From NCBI GenBank assembly GCA_003598175.1, contig QZKN01000085.1, forward strand, positions 71,879 through 135,878: DNA of 64,000 bases, read 5' to 3'. This document shows positions 37,559 to 46,809 of the stretch, piece after piece; within the stretch, counting starts at the first letter, position 1; the number at the start of each line of letters is the position of its first letter. Below the pieces are notes generated by a model, which saw only the letters and a list, made by a program, of their open reading frames with translations, ran no database searches and was not told where the DNA came from. The position numbers and the translations under genes are program-made. This DNA comes from Candidatus Omnitrophota bacterium. GTDB taxonomy: Bacteria; Hinthialibacterota; Hinthialibacteria; Hinthialibacterales; Hinthialibacteraceae.

Positions 37559-38931
37559 CGCTTGCAAGAGAACGCAGCTCGTTTCGTGATCCGTGTGGTT
37601 TTTTGTTCACTCACGAGGGTATCCTGTATCGGCAGATCAATAATCGATACCGGGAGAATTACGATCATTTGATTCATGGCGGTCTTTATGACGAGTTGGT
37701 GAAGGAAAATCTTCTGCTGCCCCATCGGGAAACGGATAAGGTTCAGATCGATTTTCCCGATGCATATAAAATTATTCAACCCGAAAAAATTAATTTTATC
37801 TCATACCCATATGAGTGGTCCTTTTCCCAGCTGAAAGACGCGGCGGAGCTGACCCTGCAAATCCAACGGATAGCCATGGATTATGGCATGTCCTTAAAAG
37901 ATGGCAGCGCCTACAACATACAATTCCATAAAGGCAAACCGGTTTTCATCGACACGCTTTCTTTCGAAATCCTCGATGAACGCAAACCCTGGATTGCCTA
38001 CCGGCAATTTTGCCAGCATTTTCTCGCGCCGCTGGCGTTAATGAGCTATGTCGATCCGCAGCTCAACACGTTGTTGGTCAATCATATCGATGGCATACCA
38101 CTGGATTTATGTCACAAACTGCTTCCGTTTTCCACCCGGTTTCGGTTTTCATTATTCACACATATCCATCTCCACGCGCGATTCCAGAAACAGTACGAAA
38201 CCAGGAAATTGGCACATGCACGGCGTGAGTCTTCCCAACAATCGATGCGCGCAATTGTGGATAACCTGCAAGCGGCAGTTCGCAAACTGACTTGGATTCC
38301 CTCGTCAACGGCGTTTTCCGATTACTATTCGCAAACCAACTATTCCTCTCATTCGTTTGAGCAAAAGAAAGAAATCATAGAGTCGTGGATCAAACGCTAT
38401 TCTCCCCGGATAGTGTGGGATATGGGAGCGAATGACGGCCTTTTCAGCCGGATCGCCGCCTCCCATGCCTCGTTGGTCCTATCCATTGATAATGATCCGG
38501 CGGCGATTGAGAACAATTACCGCATGTGCAAAGCAGAACACGTGACCAATATTTTGCCCTTGTTCATCAACGTGACCAATCCCAGTCCCGCAATTGGATG
38601 GGATAATCAAGAACGCAAATCGCTGGGTGAACGCGGACCTGCCGATTTGGCGCTGGCTCTGGCTTTGATCCATCACCTCGCGATTTCGAATAATCTTCCA
38701 TTGTCGCATGTGGCTGCGTTTTTCTCCCGAACGACGCATCGGCTCGTGATTGAATTTGTACCCAAAGAAGATTCGCAGGTGCAGCGTCTTTTGCAGAATC
38801 GCGAAGATATTTTCACCGACTATAACCAAAAAATATTCGAGCAGGAATTTTCCAATTGGTTTACAATCCTCGAAAAAGTCCCGATTGCCCAAACCACCCG
38901 CACATTGTATTGCATGGAAAGGCTGCCCTAA
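37555..38931 (+). CDS. NoeA-like protein: N-terminal kinase-like domain + class I SAM methyltransferase
   Basis: SFRDP, SYPYEWS, LKDGSAYNI, FIDTLSF; C-terminal WDMGANDG SAM motif, ALIHHL. Confidence 0.8.
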   Translation: MTLARERSSFRDPCGFLFTHEGILYRQINNRYRENYDHLIHGGLYDELVKENLLLPHRETDKVQIDFPDAYKIIQPEKINFISYPYEWSFSQLKDAAELTLQIQRIAMDYGMSLKDGSAYNIQFHKGKPVFIDTLSFEILDERKPWIAYRQFCQHFLAPLALMSYVDPQLNTLLVNHIDGIPLDLCHKLLPFSTRFRFSLFTHIHLHARFQKQYETRKLAHARRESSQQSMRAIVDNLQAAVRKLTWIPSSTAFSDYYSQTNYSSHSFEQKKEIIESWIKRYSPRIVWDMGANDGLFSRIAASHASLVLSIDNDPAAIENNYRMCKAEHVTNILPLFINVTNPSPAIGWDNQERKSLGERGPADLALALALIHHLAISNNLPLSHVAAFFSRTTHRLVIEFVPKEDSQVQRLLQNREDIFTDYNQKIFEQEFSNWFTILEKVPIAQTTRTLYCMERLP

Positions 38932-40494
38932 ATGAAACGAGTTTACTTTCCCATTCATCCGTTTCTGTTGTCTGTTTATTTTATCCTTTATGTTTATGCT
39001 CATAACGTAACTGAAATTGATTTTGTTAGGATTCTTCCGTATTTGTTCGCTTCCCTGGGATTAGCTGTCATCGCGGTTGCGGGTAGCTATGTGCTGTTTC
39101 GGGACATCATCAAAGCGGCGATTCTGGCCTCGGTTTTGATTTTTTTGTTTTTTTCGTTTGGTCATCTGTACGATTGGATTGACAATTATTATTGGGGAAC
39201 AATCAAAATCGGTCGAAGGCGCTATGTCTTTTATTTCTATGCCATCCTGGTAACCGGGCTTGGCTTCTATCTATATAAAACACGAAAAGCGCTGACCACG
39301 GTTACTTCCTTCCTGAACACATTGACCTTGTTATCAATTCTCATTTGTTGTTTTCAAATAGCCGTTTTTAATGTACGCCGCGCCGATATCCGGGATGCCT
39401 TCGACCAAGCAGATCATCCGGAAACATCGTCGTTCATCACGACATCCCCGGCGGATCCTCCGGATATTTATTATTTGATATTCGATGGATACGCCAATGG
39501 CAATGTGTTAAAAAACATGCTGGGATACGACAACGAAGAGTTCTTGTCGTATCTCGAATCTACAGGTTTTTATGTGGCGCGTAACAGCCGCTCCAATTAC
39601 GGGCAAACCCCATTGTCCTTGTCCTCGACCCTGAGCATGGATTACGTCAACTACGCGGAAGAACGCGTGGGATACCATACGGCCGATGCCTCCCTGTTGC
39701 ATCATCTGATTCGCTACAGCAAAGTGGCAAGCTATCTGAAGAACAGGGGATACCGGTATTATCATGTTGGTTCGGGATACTATGAACCAACGAATTATAA
39801 TCCGAACGCCGATGTATTCATCCAGGCGGGAGTCACGGATGAATTGGCAATGGTCCTTTTTAAGACCACGTTTTTCCGCATGTTCGAACTCTATTACAAT
39901 CCCATCACCAACGATCAACGAGCGAGAATTTTGGGCATGTTCGATGAAATCGCAGTGTTAAAAAAATCGGATACTCCGAAATATGTGTTCGCCCATTTTG
40001 TTTCCCCCCATCCCCCTTTCATCTTCGGGCCCAATGGCGAAGACATTTCCAACGTGCAAATGGATATGTTCGGCGACGTATGGAAAAACAAACAGGCCTA
40101 TTTTGATCAAATAATCTTTGTGAACACAAAAATTAAAAAAATGTGTGAATCTATTCTGGCCAATACCAACAGGAATGTCATCATTCTTTTACACAGCGAT
40201 CATGGATCGGGTTGCCTGCCGGGTCAGTTCAAGCCTGATGGACCGGATGAAATCCCTCTGCTGAAGAAGGAAAACATGGTCGAACGATTTGGAAATTTTA
40301 TGGCATACTATTTTCCGAATCAACAATATGACCGACTGTATCCCGGTATCACTCCCGTCAACTCTTTTCGGATCGTTTTCAACCAATTTTTCGACGACCA
40401 GTTTGAACTCCTTCCGGATAAAAGTTATACCTCCGATGCGCAGATTTATTACAAATTTTATGATATCACGGAACTGGCGGAATACGGGGAATAA
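38932..40494 (+). CDS. Membrane-anchored sulfatase/alkaline-phosphatase-fold transferase (NoeB/LtaS-like)
   Basis: About 5 N-terminal TMs; PDIYYLIFDGY, SNYGQT (Thr nucleophile position), SPHPPF, HSDHG. Confidence 0.75.
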   Translation: MKRVYFPIHPFLLSVYFILYVYAHNVTEIDFVRILPYLFASLGLAVIAVAGSYVLFRDIIKAAILASVLIFLFFSFGHLYDWIDNYYWGTIKIGRRRYVFYFYAILVTGLGFYLYKTRKALTTVTSFLNTLTLLSILICCFQIAVFNVRRADIRDAFDQADHPETSSFITTSPADPPDIYYLIFDGYANGNVLKNMLGYDNEEFLSYLESTGFYVARNSRSNYGQTPLSLSSTLSMDYVNYAEERVGYHTADASLLHHLIRYSKVASYLKNRGYRYYHVGSGYYEPTNYNPNADVFIQAGVTDELAMVLFKTTFFRMFELYYNPITNDQRARILGMFDEIAVLKKSDTPKYVFAHFVSPHPPFIFGPNGEDISNVQMDMFGDVWKNKQAYFDQIIFVNTKIKKMCESILANTNRNVIILLHSDHGSGCLPGQFKPDGPDEIPLLKKENMVERFGNFMAYYFPNQQYDRLYPGITPVNSFRIVFNQFFDDQFELLPDKSYTSDAQIYYKFYDITELAEYGE

Positions 40495-40518
40495 TTTACT
40501 CCTGTTCATGACCGTGAA

Positions 40519-41661
40519 ATGACCTCTCCTCCCAAAATATGTTTTCCCTTTATCGGTGAAACGATAGGCGGCAGCCATCTATCAACCCTCCTGCTCATCA
40601 ACCATATCGATCGGCAACGATTCCATCCGGTCATTGTCTTGCACCGGCAAGGCGCGCTTTCTGCTTTTTTGGGAAAACAAGGAATTTCCTATGAGCTGTT
40701 GACGATAAAAAATTGTGTAGGACGCGAGATCGGTTTCCTCCATCACACCTACGCGCTTATGCAAGCGATTATTCCGATCGCTCGTTTTCTCAGACAGAAT
40801 AAAATTCAAATTGTGCATACGCAGGATATGCGCATGCATCTGACCTGGGCGCTCCCGGCGAAACTTGTACGATGTCGTTTCATTTGGCATCAACGCTCGA
40901 TTTGGAGTTCTTCCCGATTGGTTCGCTGGGTAAGCCGCTGTGCGGATCGAACGGTCGTAATATCGGATTTTATTAGTAAACAGTGCCCATTCCCTCTTCG
41001 AAATCCCGCCATTACCATCACCAATCCCTTCGATACTTCTTCCATTTCACAAATCATGCGACCATCAATCTCCGCGTCTCTCCGTCAGGAGATTCACGCC
41101 GACGCCAATGCTAAAATTATAGCATTTGTCGGAAATTACACACAGCAAAAACGGATCCTGCTTTTTCTCGAGATCGCCGCGGCGCTCATCCGGCAAACTG
41201 ATCATCCGATGAAATTTGTCCTGTTTGGCGAGGAGCGTGAAATCAGCGGGAACGAAATCGATGCGATGGCAAATCGTCTCGCAATTGCCCCGTTCCTGTT
41301 TCGTCTGGGATTTCGAACACCGATCGAAACGTGGTTGGCCGCTTGTGACCTGCTCATAGCTCCTGCCGTACAGGAAGCGCATGGACGGACGTTGGTGGAA
41401 TCCATGCTCGTTGGAGTGCCGGTCATCGCGGCCGCCTCGGGCGGTCATTGTGAAATTATTCGACACGGTGAGACCGGTTGGTTAGTCGCTCCCGATCAAA
41501 TCAGTGAGTTTGTTGAAGCCGCACTTCGGCTGTTGCATGATCCCATTCTTACCTCGACGATTGTAAAGAACGCAAACCAAAGCGCGAGGCAAACCTATTC
41601 CATTCACTCTCACGTTGACACTGTCTGTAAACTGTATGATGATTTACTTTATTCGGGTTGA
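40519..41661 (+). CDS. Glycosyltransferase family 4
   Basis: IGGSHLS, QKR, EAHGRTLVESM (EX7E), GETGWLV. Confidence 0.9.
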   Translation: MTSPPKICFPFIGETIGGSHLSTLLLINHIDRQRFHPVIVLHRQGALSAFLGKQGISYELLTIKNCVGREIGFLHHTYALMQAIIPIARFLRQNKIQIVHTQDMRMHLTWALPAKLVRCRFIWHQRSIWSSSRLVRWVSRCADRTVVISDFISKQCPFPLRNPAITITNPFDTSSISQIMRPSISASLRQEIHADANAKIIAFVGNYTQQKRILLFLEIAAALIRQTDHPMKFVLFGEEREISGNEIDAMANRLAIAPFLFRLGFRTPIETWLAACDLLIAPAVQEAHGRTLVESMLVGVPVIAAASGGHCEIIRHGETGWLVAPDQISEFVEAALRLLHDPILTSTIVKNANQSARQTYSIHSHVDTVCKLYDDLLYSG

Positions 41662-41664
41662 AGC

Positions 41665-42711
41665 ATGGAGCTTAAAGTGGGAAAGGTGAATCAAACAATG
41701 GAACTTCTTCCTATAAGCGTCGTCGGCTTAGGCGGGTGGGGGAAAAATGTTGTCAGAAGTTTTTCGCAAACCCGACGCGCAAAATTATGCGTCCTTTGTG
41801 ACGAAAACGAAGAAGTGATTGCCCGACAGGCGGTTCTGTATCCCTACGCTGCGACAACGACTCAGTATTCGGAGATTCTTGCCGAATCGAATATCCATGC
41901 CGTTGCTTTGGTCACTCCTTCCCCCTCCCATTTCAATCTCGCAGTGCAGGCTCTCAACGCCGGAAAACATGTTTTTGTTGAAAAACCGTTGTCGCTCACA
42001 GTTGGTGACGCAAAGGAATTGGTTGCGCTCGCCGAGAAAAAACAACGAGTGGTAATGGTAGGTCATTTGTTGGAATACCACCCTGCCGTCAATTTATTGA
42101 AATCGTTGATCCAAACAGGCGAATTGGGCGATATCCATTACATCTATTCCCATCGCCTCAATCTCGGCGTGGTTCGCTTGGAAGAAAACGCGCTCTGGTC
42201 TCTCGCTCCCCATGATATTTCCGTGGTTTTGTATTTGTTGGGAAAAGAACCGACGCATGTTACGGCAGTGGGACAATCCTATCTCAATCCGGGTGTGGAG
42301 GATGTCGTCTTTTTGAATTTGCGATTCGGCGAGGAGCATATGGCCCAGATTCATGTCTCCTGGCTCGATCCACACAAAGAAAGAAAAGTGGTTATCGTCG
42401 GCTCCAAACGAATGGCCGTTTTCGATGACATGCATCCCAGCGAGAAAGTACGCATATTCGACAAAAGCGCCAATGTGAAAATCGGAACCGCCAATTATGT
42501 GGAATCGATCACGGTGCGCCACGGTGAAATCCGTAGTCTGATCGTTCCCAATCAGGAACCGCTCCTGAGTGAAACGCAACACTTCGTCGATTGTGTTTTG
42601 GATGGCAAAACACCACGCAGCGACGCTCATGACGGATTGCGAGTCGTAAAAATTCTGGATGCGGCGACTCGTTCTTTGCACCAAAATGGAATGCCGGTGG
42701 AGATACTATGA
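41665..42711 (+). CDS. Gfo/Idh/MocA oxidoreductase, WbpB/WlbA-like sugar 3-dehydrogenase
   Basis: GLGGWGKN, HVFVEKPL, ENALWSLAPHDIS, HVSWLDPHKER; directly upstream of a WbpD/WbpE-like fusion. Confidence 0.8.
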   Translation: MELKVGKVNQTMELLPISVVGLGGWGKNVVRSFSQTRRAKLCVLCDENEEVIARQAVLYPYAATTTQYSEILAESNIHAVALVTPSPSHFNLAVQALNAGKHVFVEKPLSLTVGDAKELVALAEKKQRVVMVGHLLEYHPAVNLLKSLIQTGELGDIHYIYSHRLNLGVVRLEENALWSLAPHDISVVLYLLGKEPTHVTAVGQSYLNPGVEDVVFLNLRFGEEHMAQIHVSWLDPHKERKVVIVGSKRMAVFDDMHPSEKVRIFDKSANVKIGTANYVESITVRHGEIRSLIVPNQEPLLSETQHFVDCVLDGKTPRSDAHDGLRVVKILDAATRSLHQNGMPVEIL

Positions 42712-44420
42712 CCGACTACAACAATGTTTTTATTCACGAAACCGCCGTTGTTGATGATCATGTGGAAATCGGAGAGGGGACGAAAGTATGGCATTTTACA
42801 CACGTCATGTCCGGCGCAAAAATTGGTAAAAAATGTTCGTTGGGTCAAAATGTGAACATAGCCGGACGCGCCGTTCTTGGGAACAACGTCAAAGTGCAGA
42901 ATAATGTCAGTATTTATGACGAAGTGATTCTCGAAGACGACGTATTCTGCGGTCCGTCCATGGTGTTTACCAACGTGATCAATCCGCGCGCGCATATTAT
43001 CCGCAAACACGAATATATGCCAACGCTGGTAAAACGAGGCGCCAGCTTGGGCGCGAACAGCACGATTGTGTGCGGCGTAACCATCGGCGAATACGCTTTT
43101 GTCGGCGCCGGCGCGGTGGTCGTCAAAGACGTGCTCCCTTATGCGCTTGTTGTCGGCGTTCCGGCTCGACAAACCGGCTGGATGTGTTCCTGCGGTATGC
43201 GCTTGACGTTTATAGGGAAAACGGCGATTTGCTCGGATTGTGGAAAACAGTACGAAATGAAATCGGAACAGGAAATTCAGGAAATTGTACCCTCGGATAA
43301 ACCAACGCACGTTCCACTGTTGGATTTGCAGGCGCAATACAAAACCATTCGACACGAAATCGAACCCGCCATCCGTGAAGTATGCGAAAAACAAATGTTC
43401 ATCTTGGGTCCGAAAGTGACGGAACTGGAACAAGCCATCGCATCGTATTCGCAAACCAAATTTGCCATCGGCGTTTCTTCCGGCACCGATGCGATTCTCG
43501 TCGCTTTGATGGGACTCGATATCGGCCCCGGCGATGAAGTAATCACCACGCCGTTTACGTTTTTCGCCACTGCCGGCTGTGTTTCCCGCCTTGGCGCCCG
43601 ACCGGTTTTCGTCGATATCGAACCGGATACTTTTAACCTCGATCCAGGCCGCATCGAAGAAAAAATTACGGCGAAAACGAAGGCTATCTTATGCGTTCAT
43701 CTGTTCGGCCAATGCTGCGACATGTCTCCGCTTTTGACCATTGCCAGCAAACATTCCTTAGCCGTTGTGGAGGATGCGGCGCAGTCAATCGGGGCCGAAT
43801 GGGAAGGAAAACGCGCCGGTTCGATTGGCGATGTCGGGTGTTTTTCGTTTTTCCCTTCGAAAAACCTGGGCGCATTCGGCGACGGCGGTATGGTGGTCGC
43901 CAACCGCGAGGATTTGGCCGAACGAATCCACATCCTGCGCACGCATGGATCTAAACCGAAATATTATCATAAGATCATCGGGGGGAATTTCCGACTGGAC
44001 GCGATACAGGCCGTCGTTCTTGCCGTTAAACTGAGGCATCTCGATGACTGGACGAAAAAACGTCAGGAAAATGCGGAAGATTATAACCGGTTGTTTACTC
44101 AGGCCGGACTCGCAAATGGTGCGGTGACGCTGCCGGCCGTCAAGCAGTCGCGCCATATTTTCAATCAATATACGATTCGAGCCAAACAACGCGACGAGTT
44201 GATGCATTATTTGAAGGATAATAAGATCGGTTGTGAGATTTATTACCCCGTTCCGATGCATTTGCAGGAATGCTTCGCTTCGCTGGGATACCATAAAGGA
44301 GATTTTCCCAATGCGGAACTCGCCGCAGAGGAAGCGCTTTCCCTCCCCATTTATCCCGAGATTTCATCGGCGCAAAAAGAATTGGTGGTGCAAAAAATCA
44401 AGGAATTTTATGAACGATAA
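42708..44420 (+). CDS. Fusion: WbpD-like hexapeptide N-acetyltransferase + WbpE/DegT aminotransferase
   Basis: N-terminal VWHFTHV, QNNVSIY, GPSMVFTNVINPR, GWMCSCG; C-terminal VPLLDL, SSGTDA, EDAAQSIG, FSFFPSKNLGAFGDGG. Confidence 0.85.
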   Translation: MTDYNNVFIHETAVVDDHVEIGEGTKVWHFTHVMSGAKIGKKCSLGQNVNIAGRAVLGNNVKVQNNVSIYDEVILEDDVFCGPSMVFTNVINPRAHIIRKHEYMPTLVKRGASLGANSTIVCGVTIGEYAFVGAGAVVVKDVLPYALVVGVPARQTGWMCSCGMRLTFIGKTAICSDCGKQYEMKSEQEIQEIVPSDKPTHVPLLDLQAQYKTIRHEIEPAIREVCEKQMFILGPKVTELEQAIASYSQTKFAIGVSSGTDAILVALMGLDIGPGDEVITTPFTFFATAGCVSRLGARPVFVDIEPDTFNLDPGRIEEKITAKTKAILCVHLFGQCCDMSPLLTIASKHSLAVVEDAAQSIGAEWEGKRAGSIGDVGCFSFFPSKNLGAFGDGGMVVANREDLAERIHILRTHGSKPKYYHKIIGGNFRLDAIQAVVLAVKLRHLDDWTKKRQENAEDYNRLFTQAGLANGAVTLPAVKQSRHIFNQYTIRAKQRDELMHYLKDNKIGCEIYYPVPMHLQECFASLGYHKGDFPNAELAAEEALSLPIYPEISSAQKELVVQKIKEFYER

Positions 44421-44507
44421 GTTTTTTCAAATAGATTCAAGTGTCAATTCGGACAAACGGGCAGGTTGCGGACCTGCTCTCTTTTTTTAATAACCGGACG
44501 AAAAACT

Positions 44508-45617
44508 ATGACGGCCGATGTCGCATTTGTGATCAGCGATTTGGGGAGCGGCGGCGCTCAGCGCGTTTTAACAACATTGGCGAATTCATGGGCGCGCGCC
44601 GGTCGTAAAATTTGTATCATCACCTTCTCCACACCCGAAAACGATTTTTTCCCTCTCGAGCCAACCATTCACCGGATTGTGATTGATGGAATGAGCGCCT
44701 CCTCGAATCCTTTTTCCGCTGTTTTTTTTAATTTGAAAAGAATTATAAGAATAAGGCGGGCGATCAAGAAATCCGGCGCTCCCATTGTCGTGGGATTTGT
44801 TGGCTCAACCAATGTTTTAGTGATTTTTGCCGCGATTGGCCTCCATCTGCGTGTGGTGATTTCAGAACGAAACGATCCCGCGCGGCAATCGCTGGGGACA
44901 TTGTGGGATTTCCTGCGCCGGCATGTATATCGTTACGCCGATGTCGTGACCGCCAATACGCGCGGCGCGTTGGAAACGTTAGCAAAGTTCGTTCCATCTG
45001 CCAAACTGGCGTTGGTTCCCAACCTTTTATCCATCCCCGAATTGAATCAGGCCTCTCAAAAACGCTCAGCCCTACTCGCCGTGGGGCGCCTTTCTCATCA
45101 AAAAGCCTATGACATCTTGCTGGCTGCATTTGCTGAAGTTTCTTCCCATTTTCCCCATTGGCGTCTGGAGATCGTCGGCGAGGGGGAATTAAGAGAAAAT
45201 TTGAAAGAGATGGCGAACCAGTTGGGCATCTCACAAAACGTAATCTGGCGCGGACATCAATCCAATCCGTTCGTTTTTTATCGAAAAACGGAAATCTTCG
45301 TACTGGCATCCCGCTATGAAGGGATGCCGAACGCCATGCTCGAAGCGATGGTTTGCGGGATGCCCGTGATTGTTACCGATGCTTCCCCCGGTCCGCTCGA
45401 ATACGTGAAGCACGAAAAAACGGGCCTGGTCGTTCCTGTGGAAAATGTGCAACTTTTATCCGATGCGATGATGCGCTTGATTCGGGATACAGACTTGCGA
45501 AAGCGATTAGGGCAAGCCGGAAAGGAACGTGTTGCCGAATGTGAAATCCGTCATGGCTTGCCGGTGTGGGAACATGTGCTCGGTCTTCCGACAATATCCA
45601 TATCAAAAATGGATTGA
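44508..45617 (+). CDS. Glycosyltransferase family 4 (PglJ/PglH-like)
   Basis: GGAQRV, ISERN, VGRLSHQKAY, SRYEGMPNAMLEAM. Confidence 0.9.
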   Translation: MTADVAFVISDLGSGGAQRVLTTLANSWARAGRKICIITFSTPENDFFPLEPTIHRIVIDGMSASSNPFSAVFFNLKRIIRIRRAIKKSGAPIVVGFVGSTNVLVIFAAIGLHLRVVISERNDPARQSLGTLWDFLRRHVYRYADVVTANTRGALETLAKFVPSAKLALVPNLLSIPELNQASQKRSALLAVGRLSHQKAYDILLAAFAEVSSHFPHWRLEIVGEGELRENLKEMANQLGISQNVIWRGHQSNPFVFYRKTEIFVLASRYEGMPNAMLEAMVCGMPVIVTDASPGPLEYVKHEKTGLVVPVENVQLLSDAMMRLIRDTDLRKRLGQAGKERVAECEIRHGLPVWEHVLGLPTISISKMD

Positions 45618-45911
45618 TTGCAACACGCATTAATCTTATCAGTCGTTTGCCGGAACAAGTACCCGGTATCCTGCGTTGATCCCATAATTCCCTTCCTTCC
45701 TCAAATCTTGTCTTTCTAACACAAATTAATCGCGATCCTGTTTTCATTTTAGCCCGGAGGTCTGTCCGAAATGGGAGAATGCTGTCCTGTTCGCTCGGAT
45801 GTCTAGATTACTCGCAAAACCGGTTGTTGAATAAACCGGTCTGGCCTTTTGAAACGGTATTCGTGTGATAAAATTTAAGTATCCCGAAGTAATGAATAGG
45901 GGGCAATTTGC

Positions 45912-46271
45912 ATGAGCACGATCATGATTGTAGACGATGCCGCATTTATGAGGGCCACGTTGAAAGATATTTTGGTCAAAGCCGGTCATGAAGTCATATA
46001 CGAAGCGCAAAATGGAAAAGATGCGGTTAAAAATTATAAACGCTATCAACCGGATATCGTGACCATGGACATCACGATGCCGGAAATGAATGGCATTGAA
46101 GCGCTGAAACAACTGAAAGAACTTGATCAAGAGGTAAAAGTCATCATGATCACTGCCGTTGGACAGCAGGCGAATGTGATGGAAGCGTTGCGATTGGGCG
46201 CGAAGGATTTTATCGTCAAACCGTTTCAGCCCGATCGCGTCAAGGAAGCGTTGATGATGAGTTTGGCCTAA
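45912..46271 (+). CDS. cheY: Single-domain response regulator, CheY type
   Basis: VDDAAFMR, PDIVTMDITMPEMNG, GAKDFIVKPF. Confidence 0.85.
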   Translation: MSTIMIVDDAAFMRATLKDILVKAGHEVIYEAQNGKDAVKNYKRYQPDIVTMDITMPEMNGIEALKQLKELDQEVKVIMITAVGQQANVMEALRLGAKDFIVKPFQPDRVKEALMMSLA

Positions 46272-46289
46272 ACGCGGCGGATTCTTGAT

Positions 46290-46733
46290 TTGTTGCGATA
46301 TTCGTTTCCCGGAATTGTATCGGCCATATTCGCCGCTCGGTGTGCAATTGATGTTGCCTTCGTTTCACAACACGCAGCAGAAAAAAGGTTCCATCCATCC
46401 CCAAATCATGCCTCCCACCGCCCAGGCGCGGGCGGCGACGAATTAATTATTTGTTCATCTCGCTCAAAAATTCCTGCGCTCCACGCAGTTGGCAAAACCG
46501 TTTTATCACCCCTGACGGTCTCATCGCGGACGAACTCAAACTGGATCGGCCGGGCGTGATGGTGAATCTCGTCGATACCACCAAATAATATTACGATGCG
46601 AGTCGTCCCTGCCGCACGGATTGCATCAACGGGAAATGGAACAGCGGCGAACTCGTTGAGGATCCGCGTTCGGAAAACCGTTGGCAACAACCGTCAATGT
46701 TATTGATCACACTACGAATCGACGCGGATTGAA
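46290..46733 (+). pseudogene. Probable degraded gene fragment (C-terminal part of an unidentified enzyme)
   Basis: Frame from 46442 reads INYLFISLKNS...ELKLDRPGVMVNLVDTTK*YYDASRP...NSGELVEDPRS, with an in-frame TAA at 46586 and no start codon. Confidence 0.35.
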
Positions 46734-46809
46734 TGTATCGTGAATAGAGATTGACGAGAAGTATGATCAGGGCGCACAATAGTGGAATCATGCCATCCTT
46801 TTTGGGAGA

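Noticed and set aside
42627-43454. 275-aa minus-strand ORF
   Set aside because: Antisense to the WbpD-like domain; no independent evidence.
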